From Allosphingosinicella sp. (lineage in GTDB: Bacteria; Pseudomonadota; Alphaproteobacteria; Sphingomonadales; Sphingomonadaceae): a stretch of 64,000 bases of DNA. The DNA lies in assembly GCA_030447665.1 (NCBI GenBank), contig JAUJOJ010000001.1, forward strand, positions 2,332 through 66,331. Direction: 5' to 3'. The stretch's first letter is position 1; every line of letters begins with the position of its first letter. The translations under genes and the position numbers were made by a program. Positions 55,097 to 64,000 of this stretch are shown here, piece after piece. The notes under the pieces were generated by a model. That model saw only the letters and a list, made by a program, of their open reading frames with translations. It was not told the DNA's origin and did not search any database.

Positions 55097-56518
55097 ATGG
55101 GGATGGGTGTGGCAAGTTCAGCAACCGAGCAGCCGGACGGGAACGCGATCAACATCGTGGCTCGAAACTGCGGCTCGCTGGCGATCGAATGCAGCGACGT
55201 GTCGGGCTATGTCGCCGGCGTTTCGGACCGGATCTCGTCCAACCTCAAGACGCTCGACACGCTCGAGGACATCACCACCCGGCTCCTCCAGGACCAGGCC
55301 CGCGTCGCCGATTCCACCGACGAGGCGCGGATGCTCGCCGAGCAGGCGCGCGAGAAGCTCGGCGCCGGGCGCGCGGCCATCGAGGACACGATCAAGGTTT
55401 TCAGCGGCCTCACCGAGCTGGTCGTCCAGCTGGGCGAGCGGATGAGCGGCTTCGCCGACGCGATGAGCCAGGTCCAGAAGGTCTCATCGAGCATCGAGAG
55501 CATCGCCAGCAAGACCAACATGCTCGCGCTCAATGCCACCATCGAAGCCGCGCGGGCAGGGGAGGCGGGGCGCTCCTTTGCGGTGGTTGCCGCCGAAGTG
55601 AAGAAGCTTGCCCACGAGACTCGCACCGCCACCAGCGAGATCGCCTCAACGGTGGCATCGCTCACCCGGGAAGCCGAGCTCGTCACCTCGGAAATCAAGA
55701 CCGGCGTCGGCCGCAGCCGCGTCGCTCAATCGAGCTTCACCACCATCAACAACACCGTCCGCGACGTCGCCGACCTCGTCGCAATGGTCGATCATCAGAC
55801 CGACGGCATCGCGCAATCGACCGCCGTCATCCAGCAGAGCGTCGATAGCGTAAAGGGTGCGCTGAGCTCCTTTGCCTCCGACGCACGCGCCAATGGCGGC
55901 CAGCTCCACCAGGCGCAGGAGCGCCTGTCGCAGCTCGAGCGCCTCTCGGGCGACATGCTCGATCGGCTTGCCAGCTGCGGCGTCAGGATCGACGACACCG
56001 ATTTCATCGAACGCACCCAGTCCACCTGCCGGGAGCTCGAGCGGATGATCGAACGTGCGATCGGCCGCGGCGAGATCAGCGAGGAGGCCGTGTTCGACAC
56101 CGATTATGTGGCGATGCCGGGCACGGATCCGATCCAATGGCAAACCCGCTTCTGCGAATTCGCGGACGCCCATGTCCGCCCGGTGCTGGACAGCCTCATG
56201 GCGTCGGACCCCCGCCACATCGGCGCGGTGATGAGCGACATCAACGGCTATCTTCCGACCCACATCAGCGCGCGTTCGCAGCCGCAGGGGCCGGATCCCA
56301 AGTGGAACGCAGCCAATTGCCGCAATCGCCGCAACTTCCTCGACGACGCCACCCGCCGCGCGATCCAGAGCGAAAGCGAGGCGATGCTGGTCACCTATCG
56401 GATGAATCTCGGCGGGGGCACTTATCTCCCCGTCAAGAACGTATTCGTGCCGATGCGCATTCACGGCCGACGCTGGGGCAATTTGGAGCTCGCCTACCGC
56501 GACGAGGCGATGCGCTGA
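55097..56518 (+). CDS. Soluble methyl-accepting chemotaxis protein with C-terminal extra domain
   Basis: [37 protein letters not shown]; no TM segment; C-terminal FDTDY..GYLPTH..NRR..HGRRWG. Confidence 0.9.
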   Translation: MGMGVASSATEQPDGNAINIVARNCGSLAIECSDVSGYVAGVSDRISSNLKTLDTLEDITTRLLQDQARVADSTDEARMLAEQAREKLGAGRAAIEDTIKVFSGLTELVVQLGERMSGFADAMSQVQKVSSSIESIASKTNMLALNATIEAARAGEAGRSFAVVAAEVKKLAHETRTATSEIASTVASLTREAELVTSEIKTGVGRSRVAQSSFTTINNTVRDVADLVAMVDHQTDGIAQSTAVIQQSVDSVKGALSSFASDARANGGQLHQAQERLSQLERLSGDMLDRLASCGVRIDDTDFIERTQSTCRELERMIERAIGRGEISEEAVFDTDYVAMPGTDPIQWQTRFCEFADAHVRPVLDSLMASDPRHIGAVMSDINGYLPTHISARSQPQGPDPKWNAANCRNRRNFLDDATRRAIQSESEAMLVTYRMNLGGGTYLPVKNVFVPMRIHGRRWGNLELAYRDEAMR

Positions 56519-56549
56519 TTGCTCCCTCTCCCCTCTGAGGAGAGGGCCT

Positions 56550-57392
56550 TCAGCCTCCTCGCCGCGCCATGAAGGCGAGGCGTTCGAACAGCATCACGTC
56601 CTGCTCGTTCTTGAGCAAGGCGCCGTGCAGCGGCGGGATCGCCTTGTGCGGATCGCGGGATTGCAGCACCTCCAGCGGCATGCTTTCGTGGAGGAGGAGC
56701 TTCAGCCAATCGATCAGCTCGCTCGTCGACGGCTTCTTCTTGAGCCCCGGCACCTCGCGCACCTCGTAGAAGATGTCCATCGCCCTGCTGACCAGCATCT
56801 TCTGGATGCCGGGGAAGTGCACGTCGACGATCGCCTGCATCGTGTCGCGGTCGGGGAATTTGATATAGTGGAAGAAGCAGCGGCGCAGGAACGCGTCCGG
56901 CAGCTCTTTCTCGTTATTGGACGTGATGACGACGATCGGCCGCTCCTTGGCCTTCACCGTCTCGCGCGTCTCGTAGACGTGGAACTCCATCCGATCGAGC
57001 TCCTGAAGGAGGTCGTTCGGAAACTCGATATCGGCCTTGTCGATCTCGTCGATGAGGAGGACGGGAAGCTCCGGGGAAGTGAACGCCTCCCATAGCTTGC
57101 CGCGCCGGATATAGTTCGCGATGTCGTGCACCCGCGGATCGCCGAGCTGCCCGTCGCGCAGCCGCGCCACCGCATCATATTCGTAGAGGCCCTGATGGGC
57201 TTTTGTGGTGGACTTGACGTGCCATTCGATCAGCGGGGCGCCGACGGCCGCGGCGATCTCGTGCGCGAGGACGGTCTTGCCGGTGCCGGGCTCGCCCTTG
57301 ACCAGCAGCGGGCGCCGGAGCGTCACTGCGGCGTTCACCGCGACCTTGAGGTCCTCGGTCGCGACATAGTTGCGGGTGCCTTCGAAATGCAT
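56550..57392 (-). CDS. MoxR-family AAA+ ATPase
   Basis: GEPGTGKT, LIDEIDKAD, ITSNNEKELPDAFLRRC. Confidence 0.9.
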   Translation of the reverse strand: MHFEGTRNYVATEDLKVAVNAAVTLRRPLLVKGEPGTGKTVLAHEIAAAVGAPLIEWHVKSTTKAHQGLYEYDAVARLRDGQLGDPRVHDIANYIRRGKLWEAFTSPELPVLLIDEIDKADIEFPNDLLQELDRMEFHVYETRETVKAKERPIVVITSNNEKELPDAFLRRCFFHYIKFPDRDTMQAIVDVHFPGIQKMLVSRAMDIFYEVREVPGLKKKPSTSELIDWLKLLLHESMPLEVLQSRDPHKAIPPLHGALLKNEQDVMLFERLAFMARRGG

Positions 57393-57431
57393 CGCCGCCG
57401 CATAGGCGATCGAATGCGAGCGGCACAAGCG

Positions 57432-58103
57432 TCAGCTGTCGCCGCGCGCCTGCTGCCGGGCCTCCAGCAGGTCCCAGAGCCCATGATGCTGGAGCACGAT
57501 CTGATCGGCCCCGAACAGAAACGCGCGTTCGAGCGAGGGCGTGGTGATGCTGGCTCCTGCCAAGGCTCCAACCTCGGCCGCGGTGCAAAGCCCGGAGACG
57601 GGCGCGTCGAGCCCGAAGCGTCGTGCCGCGGCATCGAGCACCACCCGGATCGTGCCCCAATCGACCACGACGGCGACCGCCGCCCCCAAGGCGCAGCCCC
57701 TGCGCTCCGATTGCGCCAGCATTTCAATCGCATGGCGCTGGCCGAGCACGGTGGATTCCGTGTCGCAGGCGCCGGGCGTGCTCGGGATCGGCCCGACCGC
57801 AAAGGAGAGCCGCGCCAGGAAGGAACGCTCCTCGGCGAAGGCCGCAATCGTATCGTTGAACCAGGCGCGGGTCTCGGGCTCGAGGCAGCGATTGGCGGCA
57901 TGATCGACCACGCCGGGATGGCGCCCGTGGAGCATGCAGAGAAAATGGACGGCATCGGACAGGTTGCGCGAAGCGTGCGGCCCGCGCAGCAGCGCTTGGC
58001 TGCTAGGATAAGGATGCGCCGCGCTGCCATGCTCGGCGACGCAGGCGAGCAGCCGGTCGCCGATCGCGGCGCTGCCTGCCTTGCCAACCGAAGCTGAACT
58101 CAT
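57432..58103 (-). CDS. Conserved hypothetical protein (DUF6975-like)
   Basis: LHGRHPGVVD, VGPIPSTPG, SERRGCALGAA, QHHGLWDLLEAR. Confidence 0.65.
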   Translation of the reverse strand: MSSASVGKAGSAAIGDRLLACVAEHGSAAHPYPSSQALLRGPHASRNLSDAVHFLCMLHGRHPGVVDHAANRCLEPETRAWFNDTIAAFAEERSFLARLSFAVGPIPSTPGACDTESTVLGQRHAIEMLAQSERRGCALGAAVAVVVDWGTIRVVLDAAARRFGLDAPVSGLCTAAEVGALAGASITTPSLERAFLFGADQIVLQHHGLWDLLEARQQARGDS

Positions 58104-58344
58104 CTGCGCCCTCCCAAGCTCCGCCACCTGGGAAGCTCTAAGCCGCCTTACCTATATCAATGGCGTAAAAACGGGGTGAACGGGCCGTTAGGGCGGCGGT
58201 GACGATGATTACCGCCGTAACGCCGGGCGCTGCTTATCTGAGTTCGATCGGAAGTCTTCAATCGCGGAGGCGCGCAGTGCGGCAGCCGGCGTGGGCGAGC
58301 GACGCGGCTTGACGGGGCGGCGGGCGGCGGGACATGACCGGCTC

Positions 58345-60735
58345 ATGGCCACCACTCCCGTCTCTCCCGCCGCCGGAGCCCAGGGCCCCTCGGGCCTCAT
58401 GATCCTCACCGTCCTGGGCTTGGGCATCGGATCGGCCGGCTTGCTGCTCTGGGCGGTCGGCAACCCGCTGTTCGCCGCCGCTTTCCTGGCGGGGTTGATC
58501 GGGCTTGGCGGCATCCTCATTTTGGCCGGGAAGCTGATGTCGCGTCCGGTGGCGGCGGAGGCGCCGCTCCGCACCGACGTCGCGCTGCTTCGCGCCGCGG
58601 TGGACAGCGCGGCGGCCGCCGTCGCGATCACCGGCGCGGACGGCAGGATGGTCTGCGCCAATGGCTGCTATTCCGAATGGTTCGGCGGCGCGCCCGCTCC
58701 CGCGGAAATCGAAGGGGAGGGGGAGATGCTCCGCGCGGCGGCAGCCGATGCGCGCCGCGACGGCCGCGCCTCCGCCAGGATCCGGGTCAACGGCCTCAGC
58801 CTCTCCGCCACGGTCGAGCGCGCCGGCTTCGCCGAGGACCATCTGCTCTGGAAATTCGCGCGGTCCGACGATGTCGATCTTCTCCGAGAGGCGCAGCGAT
58901 TGGTCGGCGGCCAGCCGGGCGAGCGGCTCGGCGAGGCCGGCATCATGGTCGCGCTCGCCGATGCCGAGGGAAATGTGCTGGGGGCTAATCACGCCTTCGC
59001 GCTCCGGGCCACGGGCCAAGGCTCTTCGCCAGTCGCTGGAACCCCGCTCGTCGAGCTGATCGCCATCACCGAGGACGGGCAGTTCCACTTCGTCAGCGAG
59101 CCGAGGGGCGCGGCGCCGCTCCGCATCCTCCAGGTGCCGGTGGTGGACGCGCCGGATGCGCTCACCCTGTTCCTTCTGCTCGACGATCCGTCCGGCGGCC
59201 GCGGCCGGCTGGGCCGGGAGGAGAGCGCCAATCTGGACGCGCTCCTCGACTTCATCCCGCTCGGCCTCGCGCTCGCCAATGTCGACGGACGCTTCGTCTA
59301 TTTGAACAAAGCGTTCCGGAAATCCACCGGCATCGGCAACGGGCCGCTTCCCATCTATCCGGGCGATCTGGTCGTGGACGAGGACAAGGCGGCGGTCTCC
59401 GATGCGGTGCGCCGTTTCGCGCGGGGCCCGTCCACCTCGTCCGACATGCCGGTCCGGCTCAAGCATGACCCGGACGAGCCGGTCGCGCTCGGCATCGCCG
59501 GCGCGCGCGGCCTCGGCGAGGCGGCCGTCATTCTTTCATTGAAGGACAATAGCGAAGCCGACCGGTTGAAGCGCCAGGTCGCGCAGGCCACCAAGATGCA
59601 GGCGGTGGGTCAGCTTGCCGGCGGGGTCGCCCATGATTTCAACAACATCCTCACGGCGATCCTCGGCTATTGCGACCTCATGCTGATGCGCCACACGCCG
59701 GGCGACAGCGACTATGACGACATCCAGCAGATCCGCTCCAACTCGAACCGTGCCGCCGGGCTCACCCGCCAGCTCCTCGCATTCTCGCGCCAGCAGACGC
59801 TCCGGCCGCGCGTGCTCCAGCTGCCCGACGTCATCGCGGAGGTGTCGAACCTGTTGAAGCGCCTGATCGGCGAAACGGTGACGCTGCAGGTGAAGCACGG
59901 CCGCAACCTCGGCGCCGTGCGGGCCGATCCAGGCCAGCTCGAGCAGGTGATCGTCAACCTCGCCGTCAACGGCCGCGATGCCATGCTGGCCAAAGACCCG
60001 ACGGGTGCCGGAACGCTCACGCTCCAGACCTATTCGGTTTCGCCTGACGACGTGCGCAAGATGGGCACCGACATCCTGCCGATGGGCGAATATACGGCAT
60101 TGCGCATCACCGACACCGGCACCGGCATTCCGCCCGCCATCCTCGGCAAGATCTTCGAGCCCTTCTTCACCACCAAGGAGGTGGGCAAGGGCACCGGCCT
60201 CGGCCTTTCCACGGTCTACGGCATCGTCAAGCAATCGGGCGGCTTCATCTTCGCGGATTCGGAGGAAGGCAGGGGGACGAGCTTCACTATCTACCTGCCC
60301 GTCCACCGTTCCGAGGCCGCGCCGCGCCCCGAGAAGAGCAAGGCCAAGGAAGGCGTCGGCGAGCTTTGGGGCAGCGGCACCATCCTGCTGGTGGAGGACG
60401 AGGCGATGGTGAGGGCGGTCGCCGAGCGGGCGCTTACCCGCCACGGCTACACCGTGCTCACCGCGGAAAACGGCGAGGTCGCGCTGGAAATCCTGGCACG
60501 CCACGAGAAGGTCGATTTGATGATCTCCGATGTCGTCATGCCGACGATGGACGGGCCCACGACGGTCCGCGAAGCACGCAAGACCCGGCCCGATTTGCCG
60601 ATCCTGTTCATCTCGGGCTATGCCGAGGAACAGCTCCGCAAATCGATCGATCTCGAGCGGGTCGCCTTTCTCGCCAAGCCTTTTTCGGTGCAGAAACTGG
60701 CGGAAGCCGCCCGCGACGCGCTGCACCCGAAATAA
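58345..60735 (+). CDS. cckA: Hybrid PAS histidine kinase/receiver CckA
   Basis: Two TM segments, PAS-like repeats, [36 protein letters not shown]-terminal REC; lies upstream of recA. Confidence 0.85.
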   Translation: MATTPVSPAAGAQGPSGLMILTVLGLGIGSAGLLLWAVGNPLFAAAFLAGLIGLGGILILAGKLMSRPVAAEAPLRTDVALLRAAVDSAAAAVAITGADGRMVCANGCYSEWFGGAPAPAEIEGEGEMLRAAAADARRDGRASARIRVNGLSLSATVERAGFAEDHLLWKFARSDDVDLLREAQRLVGGQPGERLGEAGIMVALADAEGNVLGANHAFALRATGQGSSPVAGTPLVELIAITEDGQFHFVSEPRGAAPLRILQVPVVDAPDALTLFLLLDDPSGGRGRLGREESANLDALLDFIPLGLALANVDGRFVYLNKAFRKSTGIGNGPLPIYPGDLVVDEDKAAVSDAVRRFARGPSTSSDMPVRLKHDPDEPVALGIAGARGLGEAAVILSLKDNSEADRLKRQVAQATKMQAVGQLAGGVAHDFNNILTAILGYCDLMLMRHTPGDSDYDDIQQIRSNSNRAAGLTRQLLAFSRQQTLRPRVLQLPDVIAEVSNLLKRLIGETVTLQVKHGRNLGAVRADPGQLEQVIVNLAVNGRDAMLAKDPTGAGTLTLQTYSVSPDDVRKMGTDILPMGEYTALRITDTGTGIPPAILGKIFEPFFTTKEVGKGTGLGLSTVYGIVKQSGGFIFADSEEGRGTSFTIYLPVHRSEAAPRPEKSKAKEGVGELWGSGTILLVEDEAMVRAVAERALTRHGYTVLTAENGEVALEILARHEKVDLMISDVVMPTMDGPTTVREARKTRPDLPILFISGYAEEQLRKSIDLERVAFLAKPFSVQKLAEAARDALHPK

Positions 60736-60774
60736 TTCTTTTGATTTGGCGCAATTAGCCTTTATCGCGCGCCT

Positions 60775-61137
60775 GTGGCCGAAAAACGCACTGTTCTGAT
60801 CGTCGAGGACGAGCCTCTGATCGCGATGATGCTAGAGGATTTCCTCGATTCCCTGGGGCACGGCATCGCCGGCACCTGCGAAAGCGTCCAGGATGCGATG
60901 GCAAAGGTCGAAGAGGGCGGCTTCGACGTCGCGATCATCGACGTGCATCTGAAGGGCGAGCATGTCTGGCCGGTCGCCGACCGGCTGACCGAAAAGGGCA
61001 TTCCCTTCATCGTCGCCACGGGCGGCCATATCGCGCCGCCGCCGCGCGCGCATGAGAACGCGCCGGTGCTGAGCAAGCCTTATACGATCGATTCCATCGA
61101 GCCGGCCCTCGACGCCGCCTGCGCGGCAAAGGCCTGA
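60775..61137 (+). CDS. Single-domain response regulator
   Basis: LIVEDE, AIID, PFIVATGG, KPY. Confidence 0.88.
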   Translation: MAEKRTVLIVEDEPLIAMMLEDFLDSLGHGIAGTCESVQDAMAKVEEGGFDVAIIDVHLKGEHVWPVADRLTEKGIPFIVATGGHIAPPPRAHENAPVLSKPYTIDSIEPALDAACAAKA

Positions 61138-61278
61138 GAGTCTGTTTGGAAATGCGCTCAGGAGCGCATTTCGAGCTCGGCGCCAGCCCGCTCCCCCACC
61201 CAGCCTCCCGACGGCAGTATGATTGCATCGGAAGGCGGGGTGGGGGAGCGCGCCGGAACCGCATTCCTAAACAGGCTC
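61138..61278 (+). mobile_element. 141-bp MITE-like element
   Basis: TIR GAGTCTGTTT/AAACAGGCTC flanked by a TGA direct repeat (61135-61137 and 61279-61281); internal hairpins. Confidence 0.8.
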
Positions 61279-61291
61279 TGAGCCGCGGCCC

Positions 61292-62105
61292 ATGTGGGTC
61301 CTGAAGCTCCTCCTCGTCCCGATCCTCATCTATGCGGCGATCGTCGCCGCAATCTATCTGGCGCAGACTTCGATCATCTTCCCGGCCAAGGCGGTGGAAG
61401 GCGCAGGGCCTTTGCCGCCGGGTGCCGTCAGGCTCGAGCTTGCCACTCGTGACGCGCACCGCCTCCACGGGGTTCACATCGCCCCGCGTTCACCGCGTGC
61501 GCGACCGGTGATCCTCGGCTTTTCGGGCAATGCCTGGAATGCGGAGGATGCGGCCCTGTTCCTGTCCGATCTCTACCCAGACGCCGACGTGGTCGCCTTC
61601 CATTATCGCGGCTATCGCCCCAGTACGGGAGTTCCGAGCGCGGCCGCGCTGCTCGGCGATGCGCTCCTCATCCACGATTTCGTGAGCCGCAGGTTCGCCG
61701 GGCGGCCGATCGTCGCAATCGGCTTCAGCATCGGCAGCGGCGTCGCCGCCCACCTTGCGGGCCGCCGCCCGCTGGCGGGATCGATCCTGGTCACGCCCTT
61801 CGATTCCCTCGCTGCGGTCGGCGCGCGGTCATTATCCGTGGCTGCCTGTCGGTCCGCTCCTCCGCCACAGGATGAATCCGGCCGAGGACATGCAGAGCTC
61901 GCGCGTGCCCACGGCCATTATCGTCGCCGGCCGCGACACGCTCATCCCGCCCCGCCGCGCCCAGGCGCTGGCGAAGAGGGTGCCCAGCCTGGTGTACGAG
62001 CGGACGATCGAAGAGGCCGGGCACAACGACATCTACCAAAATCCTTCATTCCGGACCGCGATGGCGGAAGCGCTGGAGCGGGTTGCCGCGCAGCCTCCCG
62101 CCTGA
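61292..62105 (+). CDS. Alpha/beta hydrolase (indel at ~61825)
   Basis: N-terminal TM, FSGNA, YRGY, GFSIG; next frame AGRD and AGHND. Confidence 0.82.
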
Positions 62106-62218
62106 CCGACGGCACGCATCGCCAGGCTGAGCACCACCGCGCGCCGGGACATCGGCCTGCGATGGGCCGAAGCTGAAACGCTGACTGCGACAATCGGCAT
62201 TTGGCTCATATGCGCGCT

Positions 62219-62253
62219 GTTTCCCTCTTGTTCCCGGAGAACAAAAGGAATAC
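62219..62253 (+). promoter_or_regulatory. Alphaproteobacterial LexA (SOS) box(es)
   Basis: GTTT-N7-GTTC (62219-62233) and GAAC-N7-ATAC (62239-62253) upstream of recA. Confidence 0.75.
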
Positions 62254-62306
62254 ACGGCACTCATGCGTTGAATGGGCGGCGCGGACATTCTACGAGGAGC
62301 TTGGCC

Positions 62307-63372
62307 ATGGTGGCATCTCTCAAAGTCGTCGGATCTTCAGACAATATGGACAAGCAAAAGGCGCTCGACGCCGCTCTGGCGCAGATCGACCGCGCATTCG
62401 GCAAGGGCAGCGCGATGAAACTGGGTTCGCGCGAAGCGATCCAGATCGAGGCGATCTCGACGGGATCGCTCGGGCTCGACATCGCGCTCCGGAATCGGCG
62501 GCCTGCCGCGCGGCCGCGTGATCGAGGTCTATGGGCCGGAAAGCTCGGGCAAGACCACGCTCGCCCTCCACGTCATCGCCGAAGCGCAGCGGAACGGGGG
62601 CACCGCCGCCTTCGTCGACGCCGAGCACGCGCTCGATCCGGTCTACGCCAAGAAGCTCGGCGTGGACATCGAGGAGCTGATCGTCTCGCAGCCCGATACG
62701 GGCGAGCAGGCGCTCGAGATCACCGATACGCTGGTCCGCTCCAACGCCATCGACGTGCTGGTGGTCGATTCGGTCGCCGCGCTGGTTCCCCGCGCCGAGA
62801 TCGAGGGCGAGATGGGCGACAGCCATGTCGGCCTCCAGGCGCGGCTTATGAGCCAATCGCTCCGGAAGCTCACCGGCTCCATTTCCAAATCCAAGTGCAT
62901 CGTCATCTTCATCAACCAGCTCCGGATGAAGATCGGCGTCATGTACGGCAATCCTGAGACGACCACGGGCGGCAACGCGCTCAAATTCTACGCTTCCGTA
63001 CGCCTCGACATCCGCCGCACCGGCCAGATCAAGGACCGCGACGATATCGTCGGCAACACGACCCGCGTGAAGGTGGTCAAGAACAAGGTGGCGCCGCCGT
63101 TCAAGCAGGTCGAGTTCGACATCATGTACGGTGAGGGCATCTCGAAAATCGGCGAAATCCTCGATCTCGGCGTCAAGGCCGGCATCGTGGAGAAGTCCGG
63201 CGCCTGGTTCAGCTACGACAGCGTCCGCATCGGCCAGGGCCGGGAGAATGCCAAGAACTATCTCAGGGAAAATCCCGAAATGGCCGAGCGGCTCGAGCGC
63301 GCCATTCGCGGCAAGACCGAGGAAGTCGCCGACGCGCTGATGGCCGGCCCGAGCCCGGAAGACGATATCTGA
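62307..63372 (+). CDS. recA: Recombinase A (extra C at ~62490)
   Basis: [54 protein letters not shown]. Confidence 0.97.
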
Positions 63373-63421
63373 GCTTTAGGGGTGAAGCCGACGCTGACGG
63401 CATGCGTCTACCTCGACGGCA

Positions 63422-64000
63422 TCACCCCGCCCGGCTGACGGTCTCCTGGATTTCGACCTCGGCCCGGTCGTGCGTGTCCGTGCTCGGCTTGTGGTTGGCC
63501 CAGAAGGCGATTGCCAGCGCCGCCGCCCCGCACGAGGTGAACCCGATCAGGAAGGGAAGGGTGGTTCCGTTGAACTCCTGGCCGATGGTGAAGCCGATCA
63601 GCGCTCCGCCGATGGTCGCGATCACGCCCTGCACCGAGGAGGCGGTGCCGGCGATGTGCCCCAACGGCTCCATTGCCAGGGCGCCCGCATTGGCGCCGAT
63701 CAGGCCGAAAAAGGACATGGTCGCGGCTTGCAGGATGACGAACATCCAGATGCTTTCGCGCGTCACCATCTCGGCTGCCAGGAGGTGCAGGAAGGCGACG
63801 CCGGTAAAGGCGGAGAGCGCGATCAGCAGCAGGCGCTTCGATCCGAACCGCATCACCAGCTTGGAATTCGCATAGGAGCTGAACGCCATCGGCCCGGCGA
63901 TGCAGGCGAAGACGATGCCGATCAGGTCGGGCCGGCCGAACACGTCGAACACGATCTGCTGGATCGAGTTGATGAAGGCGAAGAGCGCGCCCATCAGCAT
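63422..64000 (-). CDS. Bcr/CflA-family MFS efflux transporter, C-terminal part
   Basis: Multi-TM; ALAMEPLGHIAGTASS; 5' end lies outside the window. Confidence 0.8.
   Translation of the reverse strand: MLMGALFAFINSIQQIVFDVFGRPDLIGIVFACIAGPMAFSSYANSKLVMRFGSKRLLLIALSAFTGVAFLHLLAAEMVTRESIWMFVILQAATMSFFGLIGANAGALAMEPLGHIAGTASSVQGVIATIGGALIGFTIGQEFNGTTLPFLIGFTSCGAAALAIAFWANHKPSTDTHDRAEVEIQETVSRAG

Noticed and set aside
58140-58225. CtrA boxes upstream of cckA, and similarly at 3618-3633
   Set aside because: Matches to TTAA-N7-TTAA have two or more mismatches and cannot be supported.
62480-62520. Split recA (intein, intron or programmed frameshift)
   Set aside because: Removing a single extra C restores the canonical [12 protein letters not shown]; there is no inserted sequence.

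Overview
GC-rich alphaproteobacterial chromosome segment whose gene content and synteny point to Sphingomonadales. 0-16.4 kb: an exosortase A (XrtA/PEP-CTERM)-associated exopolysaccharide locus whose last gene, an asparagine-synthase-like amidotransferase, has lost its catalytic motifs in both domains but keeps an intact frame. Housekeeping genes: truA, fmt, recR, addA, trxA, secA, tRNA-Asn, NAD kinase, mfd, sdhE, recG, tyrS, MoxR/vWA, cckA and recA (with a LexA box). There are two accessory tracts. The first (26.2-29.7 kb) holds a hemerythrin-like gene, an IS5-family element that apparently carries a passenger gene, and a J-domain protein. The second (32.9-42.2 kb) is a general-stress-response islet with several GGAAC-N17/18-GTT sigma-EcfG-type promoters. 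One of these promoters drives a candidate ~75-nt sRNA with a C-rich anti-Shine-Dalgarno loop, resembling GsrN. Several miniature repeat families occur: MITEs inserted at stop codons, CIR-like GANTC palindromes, and a 135-bp palindromic element inside the mfd coding sequence. Many 1-2 bp frameshifts in essential genes (secA, tyrS, trxA, recA, addA, mfd) are most likely assembly or long-read indel errors rather than pseudogenes. Family names are recalled from motifs; no database search was run.
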